Assembly (NCBI GenBank): GCA_965228735.1
Contig: OZ245838.1
Coordinates: 5,024,001-5,088,000 of the forward strand
Direction of reading: 5' to 3'
Source of the DNA: Planctomycetota bacterium
GTDB taxonomy: Bacteria; Planctomycetota; UBA1135; UBA2386
DNA length: 64,000 nucleotides
Positions 31,956 through 39,025 of the stretch are shown here, piece by piece; positions within the stretch are counted from its first letter, which is position 1, and each line of letters starts with the position of its first letter. Under the pieces are notes generated by a model. It was not told where the DNA came from and made no database searches. It saw nothing but the letters and a program-made list of their open reading frames with translations. A program made the position numbers and the translations under genes.

Positions 31956-31983
31956 GCTTGCGGAAACGGGAGGATTCGCAGGC
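31956..31983 (-). repeat. Site M2 (family 2, inverted)
   Basis: Reverse complement GCCTGCGAAT-CCTCCCGT-TTCCGCAAGC. Confidence 0.7.
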
Positions 31984-32029
31984 CCGGCACCGCGAGCGGC
32001 AAGCCGCTATGATAGGCGGCCTCGGCGAG

Positions 32030-32296
32030 ATGAAGAACGCCATCAGAATTGCCTTGGGCTTGACGGCGTCGGTCGGCTGGCTCGTGCCAGCGTGGCTGGC
32101 GGTTTCCGAGATGGAGCGAAGACCGTTCGACTCGGACTATGTGATGACGTGCGCAGTCGTGTGTGCTTGGTGGTTCAGGGTTGCCTCTTTGTGTTGGCTG
32201 GTCGCCTTCGGGGTGCTCGTTGTGCGATTTGTTCGCGCGTGGGTCTCTGCCCGTGATCGTCGGGAGGCAACGGCGGCCGGGATCAGCGAGTGCTAG
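32030..32296 (+). CDS. Cargo gene: small 2-TM membrane protein
   Basis: MKNAIRIALGL... with two hydrophobic helices; lies between M2 and M3. Confidence 0.6.
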   Translation: MKNAIRIALGLTASVGWLVPAWLAVSEMERRPFDSDYVMTCAVVCAWWFRVASLCWLVAFGVLVVRFVRAWVSARDRREATAAGISEC

Positions 32297-32306
32297 ATCG
32301 TATGCC

Positions 32307-32334
32307 GCCTGCGGAATCAGGCATTTCGGCAAGC
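32307..32334 (+). repeat. Site M3 (family 2)
   Basis: GCCTGCGGAA-TCAGGCAT-TTCGGCAAGC. Confidence 0.75.
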
Positions 32335-32356
32335 CACCGAACGCAGGCAGCAGACG

Positions 32357-32384
32357 ACGTGCGACAGGGGTTCAAGTCGCACGT
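32357..32384 (-). repeat. Site B (family 1, inverted)
   Basis: Reverse complement ACGTGCGACTT-GAACCC-CTGTCGCACGT. Confidence 0.8.
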
Positions 32385-32430
32385 GCGCGTTCGGCTCCGC
32401 CGGCGCCCTAACCGATCGCGCCAAGGCGAG

Positions 32431-32973
32431 CTAACTCGACGAGCCGGTTTGCCCGTCTTCGCGGCTCTCCCGTTCGCGTTGTGTTTCCAGGGCTTCTAGA
32501 TGGCACTCGGTCATCATCCTGGCTGAGTAGCGATACGCGTCCATGGACATGATTCCTGGCGGCAGCTTCGGAGGGGCAACACCCTTCGGGAAAGCGCAGA
32601 CACCTTGGAGCAGGAGTTGCATCTCCTCCCGGTCGCTCGTGCAAACGAATTGCTCCACGCGACTCAGCGTAGTAACGCGCGACGTCTGGCCGGCCGGGTA
32701 GACCAGCTTTCCGACCTCTGCAAGCCGAAAGAGCCGCACCGCTTCTTCTGGGTGCTGAAACGTGACCCTGAGCCAGAACGACTGGAGCTTGGCGCAGAAC
32801 ACGATGCACCGGCCCCATTGCAGAAACCCTGACTGAAACGGCTTCTGCATGAACGACTGGACCACTTCGAGCTCGACTCCGTCGGGCACGACCCCCCGAC
32901 GTAGGTCCGCGACCATGCCCCGATAGAGTGCGAATTGCTCGCTGGAGAGCCGGCTGCGCCCCAAGTCGCTCAC
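32431..32973 (-). CDS. Cargo gene: hypothetical protein
   Basis: 180-aa ORF with GAGAGGA upstream and globular-protein-like composition. Confidence 0.6.
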   Translation of the reverse strand: MSDLGRSRLSSEQFALYRGMVADLRRGVVPDGVELEVVQSFMQKPFQSGFLQWGRCIVFCAKLQSFWLRVTFQHPEEAVRLFRLAEVGKLVYPAGQTSRVTTLSRVEQFVCTSDREEMQLLLQGVCAFPKGVAPPKLPPGIMSMDAYRYSARMMTECHLEALETQRERESREDGQTGSSS

Positions 32974-33340
32974 GGCCCCATCCTCTCAAAGAACTGAAGG
33001 TCAGGAAAGTCGATAGGCGACGAGTCCCAAGGGCCGTCGGGTGGCCAGCGCAGGGTCGCCACCGGTCGCGAGTTCACGCAATGCGCTTGCAGATGCGCGC
33101 ACTTGGCAAACGCGTTTGATCCCATGCGCCTTCAGGTTGGCGGCTCCAGGCATCAAGTTCGAGCGCGGCCATCGGAAGGGCTGGTCACAAGTGGCTAGCC
33201 GAGGGGCTCCGCTCGCGATTCTTTCTGCAGTTGTCGTCACCTCGCCGATAGAGTTGTAAGCATCCTTCGGCATGGCGGGCGCTCGGTCTGTCCTGGCCGA
33301 TTCCGTTGCGGCCAATCCAGGACGGTTGGAGGAGAGCACG

Positions 33341-33877
33341 ATGGCATTCGATTTCAAGAATCTCGACGCGGTGACCCGGAAGCAGATGGTTAGTGAAATC
33401 GACTTGGACGTGTCACAAGGCAAGCTCTACTTGAGCAAGCACTTCAAGGACGATGTTGCCGACCAGTATGAGTCCTTGATCCGGGAAGCCGCCGAGAGTC
33501 ATGACGAGACCTGGCTAGCCAACGAGATTCGCAAGCTTGGCCTGCTCAAGACTCGGACGATGGCGAAGCACCCGAAGAAGGACACGATGATCGAGAAAGC
33601 GGTCCCAGTGACCGCAGCAGACACCTTCGCTGAGGGGGAGTTCAATCGCTTCTACGCTCGCGGCCTCTGTCAGCGGGCTGTCGCGGAGGGGATTCCAGAG
33701 GTGGAGGTTTATCGTGCGAAACAGGTGATGAACGCACGTTCGGCCTCCGAGGAGATGATCGGAAAGCGCCTCGAAGCACGGGCGCTGCTGGCCGATCTCC
33801 GGACGTCGCTTGGCGTCGACACGGCCCTTCAACTGCCGCCGGGCCCAAACTCCGGTCTCTCGGTTTTCCTTCCCTAG
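33341..33877 (+). CDS. Cargo gene: conserved hypothetical protein (AEGEFNRFY...GPNSGLSV motif family)
   Basis: Strong SD GGAGGAG; composition visibly less GC-rich than the host genes. Confidence 0.85.
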   Translation: MAFDFKNLDAVTRKQMVSEIDLDVSQGKLYLSKHFKDDVADQYESLIREAAESHDETWLANEIRKLGLLKTRTMAKHPKKDTMIEKAVPVTAADTFAEGEFNRFYARGLCQRAVAEGIPEVEVYRAKQVMNARSASEEMIGKRLEARALLADLRTSLGVDTALQLPPGPNSGLSVFLP

Positions 33878-33937
33878 GCGAGGGTTTGCTCGTGCGGCAA
33901 GCCCGTTCGAATTGGCGACTAGGGCGCTCTCACGCCC

Positions 33938-33965
33938 ACGTGCGACTCGGCGTGTTGCCGAACGA
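33938..33965 (+). repeat. Site F (degenerate family 1)
   Basis: ACGTGCGACTC-GGCGTG-TTGCCGAACGA; intergenic. Confidence 0.5.
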
Positions 33966-34217
33966 TCAGTGTCGCTGGAGCACTTGGAACGGCGAATCCA
34001 CCAGGTGGCGGCGCGCCGGTCTACCGTAGTTGCATGCTTCCTGCGCCTGCCGCACAACAAGTGCGACGACATGTCGCGATTAAGTCATCGTCGACGACGG
34101 GGGTTGGCGTCAGCATCGTCGGCTGATACGAAGGCAGATGGAGCGTCCTCGGGATTCAGCCAGGTGGGTTGCGCCCCGGCAGGAAGTTCCTCCACGAACC
34201 TCTGAGAAGGAAACGAG

Positions 34218-34772
34218 ATGAACCTATCGAGTTTGTCCGCTGCTGTGCTTGCGTTCTTCGTAGTCGCTGACGAGACGCTCTCTCCCACCCCTCCGTTTGA
34301 CTGCGTCTGCGCTGTGCTCAACTCGATCAGCACGACGACGAGTTCAGGCTCGTGCACGACGGGCGGAGCCAGCGTTCCGTGCTTCTCGGCTAGCACGGTT
34401 ACGTATCCGCAGGGTGGTGAACCATCCGACGGAGAATGCCACGACTTGCCGGCCTGCAGTGGGCCGAACGTTTGCACCTACAAGAACATGCAGGTCACAG
34501 TCACGATTGCACCGTGCGCAGCGAGTTGTGGCGTAAAGGCGACTGTTCCATTCGAGGAGCGGCACCCGGAGGCGCCGACACACAACCTGAACGGGACACA
34601 GGCCGTGGGGACGTCTGCTCCCTACGTGTTCAAGCCGCACGGCATTTCCCAAGACTGCGGAACGGGCCAAAAGACCATGTATATCCGCTGGCTAAAGAAG
34701 AACGGCCTCAACGCGTTCGAGCTGACTGGGAAGTTCGGTTGCGGTGACTGCGACGTCGGGGGCGACATCTGA
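34218..34772 (+). CDS. Cargo gene: Cys-rich secreted protein
   Basis: Signal-like N-terminus; 12 Cys in 184 aa. Confidence 0.75.
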   Translation: MNLSSLSAAVLAFFVVADETLSPTPPFDCVCAVLNSISTTTSSGSCTTGGASVPCFSASTVTYPQGGEPSDGECHDLPACSGPNVCTYKNMQVTVTIAPCAASCGVKATVPFEERHPEAPTHNLNGTQAVGTSAPYVFKPHGISQDCGTGQKTMYIRWLKKNGLNAFELTGKFGCGDCDVGGDI

Positions 34773-34808
34773 GGCACCCACCCGACTTCACTCCATCCGA
34801 GATAAGAA

Positions 34809-35600
34809 GTGAAAGCTCTCCTCGCACTCGGGTGCCTCGCTCTCGCGGGCACGCTCTGGCTCATTTGCTGTAATCCCGATCGAGGGCCTGTGCCGACCCC
34901 TACAGGTGTTGGTGGGGAGGCGCATCCTGATCCAAGTCAGAAGCATCCCGAGCGTGAAGGCGCCCGCGTCGACGCCAACCCGACAGTTGGTAGCAGGCAA
35001 GAAGGACCACTCTCGCCGCTTGATCGACTCGCCAGCATGCACATGCAGCCAGCGCCTCACGAGTTGCAGCAGTCCTACGCAATCGTCGCGGCGCGGGAAA
35101 CCGAGAGCTTCCAAGAAAGGGCCGACGCCCTCGCGGCCTCACAGGACGACGGAATCGACTCATACCTGGCGTTCCTTCTCGCGAAACGACAGTGCATCGT
35201 TCGTAAGCTCGGTGAAGAGGCGCTCAGACGGAACGAAGGAGTCCTGGCTTTCGAAGGACTTGAGGCCACGAGTGTGCCGAAGGATACTCCCGTCATTCGA
35301 TACCTCGGTGTCACCACCGAGTTTGGACGAAAAGCCGACTTGCTGGTAGTCGTGGGGCGCGAGGAGACGGCCGAAAGTCGGACTGTGACAGAGTTGTCGA
35401 ACGGGATAATGGACGTAGCCACCTCGCTTCTCCGGGAGCGGATAGCTACTTTCAACTCGCTTTCCGAGAGTGAGCGTCGCGATGCGTTCGCACGAGAAGC
35501 GAAGGGTGAAGCTCTGCCGGGAATCACTGACGACCTCCTTCACCTTGTGGGGCATCGAATTGTGAGCTACAAGGAATCCGCTCTGCTCGGAATCAAGTGA
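34809..35600 (+). CDS. Cargo gene: secreted/membrane-anchored hypothetical protein
   Basis: MKALLALGCLALAG... N-terminus; stop codon overlaps site C. Confidence 0.75.
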   Translation: MKALLALGCLALAGTLWLICCNPDRGPVPTPTGVGGEAHPDPSQKHPEREGARVDANPTVGSRQEGPLSPLDRLASMHMQPAPHELQQSYAIVAARETESFQERADALAASQDDGIDSYLAFLLAKRQCIVRKLGEEALRRNEGVLAFEGLEATSVPKDTPVIRYLGVTTEFGRKADLLVVVGREETAESRTVTELSNGIMDVATSLLRERIATFNSLSESERRDAFAREAKGEALPGITDDLLHLVGHRIVSYKESALLGIK

Positions 35601-35627
35601 GGTGCGACTTGAACCGCTGTCGCACGT
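35600..35627 (+). repeat. Site C (family 1)
   Basis: AGGTGCGACTT-GAACCG-CTGTCGCACGT. Confidence 0.8.
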
Positions 35628-35641
35628 AGGCCCTTTGTCGA

Positions 35642-36214
35642 TCACTCTTGCACGACCCATGAGGCTGTTTCGCCGCCCGGGTTGAAGACCGCGACGAAGC
35701 CCTTCTTTCTCACGACTCCCATCGCTGCCCGCTGTTTTCCATCCGCATCATCGAACCGGATGAAAGGGTTGTCGGCCGAGATGGCGACACCACGCTTCCC
35801 TTCGGCGGACTGCAGCAGGTCGAAGCTGGTCCCGCTGTTGAGCGTGAACTTGGCTTTGCCGCTGGTGAGGATGCCTCGCTCCTTGGCGGCGGAGGTCAGC
35901 GTTAGATCGCCCATCTCGACGCCGATCCTCGTCCCTGGCTGAGATTCCCCCACGGGAGAGTAGAGCACCAACTGGCCTGACTTGCCCTCTTCGCACGAGC
36001 CCAGAACTGCGACTGCGCGGCCATCTTCGCGAACGATCGACAACGACCGCACTCGCAGATCCCCCTTCACTGGTGGGCCTTGCTGGCAGGCGAGCAAGAT
36101 CGCCGCGGTCGCGCAGATACCGACCGCGACTGCTACCACTCGCCACAATCGAGTTTCAGCTTCGAGGCGGGCAAGGCGAGATTCGAGGCGCTGATTTGAC
36201 AGAGTCGCTTGCAT
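35642..36214 (-). CDS. Membrane-anchored hypothetical protein (coiled coil + TM + beta-rich domain)
   Basis: LESRLARLEAETRLWR then a TM helix; stop lies 14 bp from site C. Confidence 0.75.
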   Translation of the reverse strand: MQATLSNQRLESRLARLEAETRLWRVVAVAVGICATAAILLACQQGPPVKGDLRVRSLSIVREDGRAVAVLGSCEEGKSGQLVLYSPVGESQPGTRIGVEMGDLTLTSAAKERGILTSGKAKFTLNSGTSFDLLQSAEGKRGVAISADNPFIRFDDADGKQRAAMGVVRKKGFVAVFNPGGETASWVVQE

Positions 36215-36216
36215 GG

Positions 36217-36244
36217 CGCCACCGAACTTATAAGTTCGGTGGCG
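36217..36244. repeat. 28-bp perfect palindrome between divergent genes
   Basis: CGCCACCGAAC-TTATAA-GTTCGGTGGCG. Confidence 0.9.
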
Positions 36245-36432
36245 TGAAGTCGATCACCATGGAGGCCCTCCGGCACGATCTCACGGTCGTCCGGAAGTCC
36301 GTAGAGAAGGACTCCGACAGGTGGATCGTCACGTTCCGCGACTCGCCGAGGTTTGCGATTGTGCCGTTGGCAGATCTGGAGCGACTCCGGAGAGCCGACG
36401 CACGCGCGAAGCCGGCACGCCGTCGGAAGTAG
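36244..36432 (+). CDS. Phd/YefM-like antitoxin-fold protein (orphan)
   Basis: MKSITMEALRHDLTVVRKSVEKDSDRWIVTFRDSPRFAIVPLADLERL matches the Phd/YefM beta-alpha-alpha-beta-beta pattern. Confidence 0.65.
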   Translation: MKSITMEALRHDLTVVRKSVEKDSDRWIVTFRDSPRFAIVPLADLERLRRADARAKPARRRK

Positions 36433-36521
36433 CTCTTTCCCCGTTCCTTGAAGAAGCGAGCCCCGCCGGCGCTGGAACGCCGACGAGGCTCTTGGCACCC
36501 CCTGCAGAACCAGGAGGCCCC

Positions 36522-37523
36522 ATGACAGCTGCTGTATCCCTTCCCGCAGTCGCGCACAACAGCGCGCGCCTGCCCGCGCTGCGACCCGTTGCCGCAGCTG
36601 CTCTCGACGTCGATCCGCGCACGATCATCGAGCGCTGGCTCGCGGCCCTCTCTCCAAGCGCGCGTCGCTCGTATCGTCGCGGGCTCGCACGCTTCGCCAC
36701 CTGGGCGTTGGCTGACGACGCGCGGCCCGAACGTGCGCTGGAAGCCCTGTGCGCGATGACCGTCGGCCAAGCCGGGGAGATGGTGCGGCGCTGGCGCGAC
36801 GAGTTGCTCGACGAGGGGCTGGCGCCTGGCACTGTCGCTGGCGCGGTCACGAGCATCACCTCCCTGCTCGCAACGTGCCGCCGCGCTGGGCTCGTGTTGT
36901 GGCGCCTCGAGAGGGTCGCCCCGCGCGCCGAGCGGCGCCTGGACCGCAGTGGCCCGCGCCGCGGCGACGTCGAGCGCCTGTTCGCCACGATCGACGACGC
37001 GGCCGACACAGGCGACCGCCAGGCGATCCGCGATGCGGCGCTGCTGCGGGTGCTCTACGTCGGCGCTTTCCGAAGGGCCGAGGTCGTCGGGCTCCGGTTC
37101 CCCGAGGACGTCAACCTTGAGGCCGCCGACGGCCCGGTCGTGCGCCCCCGTCGCAAGGGGCATCGCGAGCGGAAGGACGTGCTGATCTCAGCCCGCTGCG
37201 CACAAGCTCTCACCCGGTGGATCGAGGTGCGCGGCGCGGATCCCGGTCCCCTGTTCCGTCGAACGCGCGCGGTCGACCCGAGCGTGCCGTTGAGCGGCGA
37301 GTCCGTGCGGCGCGCACTGCGGCGCTGGGCAAAGGCCGCCGGCATCAAGGCCGCCGTTCGCCCTCACGGGCTCAGGCACAGCAGCGCGACGACTGTCGCG
37401 AAGCGCGGCTCATTGGCCGAAGTCATGGCGATTGGCGGCTGGTCGAGCTTCTCTTCGGCCGAGCGTTACCTGGACCGTCGAACCGAAGAGCGGCGCACGG
37501 CGCTAGCGCTGGTGGACGTCTGA
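36522..37523 (+). CDS. Tyrosine recombinase (Xer/Cre-like, no arm-binding domain)
   Basis: SD AGGAGG; catalytic residues R (FRRAE), K (RKG), HxxR (HGLRH), W (GGW), Y (ERYLD); SAM-like N-terminal domain. Confidence 0.93.
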   Translation: MTAAVSLPAVAHNSARLPALRPVAAAALDVDPRTIIERWLAALSPSARRSYRRGLARFATWALADDARPERALEALCAMTVGQAGEMVRRWRDELLDEGLAPGTVAGAVTSITSLLATCRRAGLVLWRLERVAPRAERRLDRSGPRRGDVERLFATIDDAADTGDRQAIRDAALLRVLYVGAFRRAEVVGLRFPEDVNLEAADGPVVRPRRKGHRERKDVLISARCAQALTRWIEVRGADPGPLFRRTRAVDPSVPLSGESVRRALRRWAKAAGIKAAVRPHGLRHSSATTVAKRGSLAEVMAIGGWSSFSSAERYLDRRTEERRTALALVDV

Positions 37524-37525
37524 TG

Positions 37526-37553
37526 GCGTGCGACTTTGCGACCTGTCGCACGA
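37526..37553 (+). repeat. Site D (family 1), immediately downstream of the recombinase
   Basis: GCGTGCGACTT-TGCGAC-CTGTCGCACGA. Confidence 0.8.
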
Positions 37554-37699
37554 ACCAGCTGGATCTTCGCAGCGCGTGCGCGAAACTCGACACACCGGGC
37601 AACGGTCGGGTTGATCCCCCGGCCGGCGCCGACTCGAACGAACTGCCCGAAGGCGGCGCAGCCCGGCATCTTCAACCTTCGGGCCGAAGGCAGTTCCCG

Positions 37700-38509
37700 A
37701 TGAGCGACGAAACGGCGCGGGCGCCGGAGGAGCCGCACGGTGACCCGGTTGCCGTCGTGCGAGGGTTCCAGGCATGGCTCTTGCGGTTGCGGTGCAAGGC
37801 CCGGATCGAGCAGGTCGGCCACGCGCGACTCGACGATCTGAGATCGTTGCTTGCGGCGGTTCACGCAAACCCCAAGAAGGCCCCGGCGTTCGGGCAGGCG
37901 TTCGTAGCGTCTTACCGACGCCTGAAGGCTGAGATCGCGAACGATCTCACTGCGACCGAGGATCGTGTCGGCGATATCCTCGACGAGTGCTTCGACACAC
38001 AGTGGAGCACGCTCCAACACGCATTCGACGGTCGCGAGCCTGGGACTCCAATGGGTCGAATGCTCACACTCTCGCTCGTCAACGAGCGAGAGCGCCGAAC
38101 TCTGGACCGGCTTGGCCTCAAAGTCCGGCGTCGTGAGTTCGAGAAGCCATTGGTAGCTGGCGCCATCGACCTCCTCGAAGAGGCCGAGGCGGCGACCATC
38201 GCAGTGATGCGGCGGATTCCGCGCGCGGCGGAAACGCACAACGGCGAGATGGTCGTCGCTGATGCGGCGTTCCTAGCCGCCGAGCAACTCGGTGACGACA
38301 CAATCACTTTCGACGCGGTTCGTGGCTGGACCAGGCGCAAGGACGATCCGCTCCCACACACAAAAGCCGGCCGCAAGACGTTCGTCAAGCTGAGCGACGT
38401 GCTCACCGAGGCGATCCGCAAGGGCAAAGGGCGACCAAGAACGACCAGAGCCGACCAAAGCCAACCACTGCGACCAAACGACGAAACCTCCGTCGCTGAC
38501 GAAACGTAA
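37700..38509 (+). CDS. Hypothetical protein with a C-terminal Xis/AlpA-like HTH
   Basis: AVRGWTRRKDDPLPHTKAGRKTFVKLSDV. Confidence 0.65.
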   Translation: MSDETARAPEEPHGDPVAVVRGFQAWLLRLRCKARIEQVGHARLDDLRSLLAAVHANPKKAPAFGQAFVASYRRLKAEIANDLTATEDRVGDILDECFDTQWSTLQHAFDGREPGTPMGRMLTLSLVNERERRTLDRLGLKVRRREFEKPLVAGAIDLLEEAEAATIAVMRRIPRAAETHNGEMVVADAAFLAAEQLGDDTITFDAVRGWTRRKDDPLPHTKAGRKTFVKLSDVLTEAIRKGKGRPRTTRADQSQPLRPNDETSVADET

Positions 38510-38517
38510 GTGGTCAC

Positions 38518-38724
38518 ATGAACGCTACCGAATCCCGGCTGCTGACCACCGACGAACTGGCCCGACGGCTCCATGTCGGCAGCGCAAAGATTCGTGATCT
38601 GGCGCGCGCGGGCCGTATCCCGAGTATCCGAGTCGGCAAGGCTCTGCGGTTTGACTGGCGCGAGGTGGTCACAGCCTTGCGGACCAAAGGCAACGCGGAG
38701 CGCGAGGAGGCGCGGTCGGCATGA
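38518..38724 (+). CDS. Excisionase-like HTH_17 protein
   Basis: LLTTDELARRLHV...IRDLARAGRIPSIRVGKALRFD. Confidence 0.88.
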   Translation: MNATESRLLTTDELARRLHVGSAKIRDLARAGRIPSIRVGKALRFDWREVVTALRTKGNAEREEARSA

Positions 38725-39020
38725 GCGATTTGCCCGCAAGTCGCACGCCCGACGCCGGTCGGATGCTGAACGTCCGCGACCTGGCGCGGGACGTTGGCAT
38801 GCAGCCGGTGGACCTCGTGCGCGAACTCGTCGCCGATGGCGTCGCCGTCGCGCAGGTGACCGCGCGCGGCTACCGCGTCGCGTCGGCTGACTGGAACGAT
38901 TGGCTCGCGCGCCGGCAGCAAAGGTGCGCAGCGGCGTTCGAGCAGCGCGAGCGTCGGGCCGACTACGTTCGCGACCGTGAGGGCGAGCCGCCGAAGCGGC
39001 GGGCGGTGTTCACGCGATGA
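38721..39020 (+). CDS. Second Xis/HTH-like protein
   Basis: MLNVRDLARDVGM...GYRVASADWNDWL; ATGA coupling to the upstream gene. Confidence 0.65.
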   Translation: MSDLPASRTPDAGRMLNVRDLARDVGMQPVDLVRELVADGVAVAQVTARGYRVASADWNDWLARRQQRCAAAFEQRERRADYVRDREGEPPKRRAVFTR

Positions 39021-39025
39021 CGTTG

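Noticed and set aside
33085..33111. GCTTGCAGA-N9-TTGGCAAAC as an M-type site
   Set aside because: Spacing is off by one with several arm mismatches.
33001..33273. Small minus-strand ORF between divergent cargo genes
   Set aside because: No motif or clear SD; cannot be supported from sequence alone.
34060..34080. GTGCGAC-GACAT-GTCGCGA as another family-1 site
   Set aside because: Spacer is 5 bp too short; could be a deleted site but unsupported.
31363..37553. CRISPR array or classical integron attC array
   Set aside because: Spacing between repeats is gene-sized and irregular and no cas genes are present. The sites lack RYYYAAC/GTTRRRY ends, and I see no IntI-specific insertion in the recombinase. 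Only site B has an extended outer stem (CCGAACGC/GCGTTCGG).
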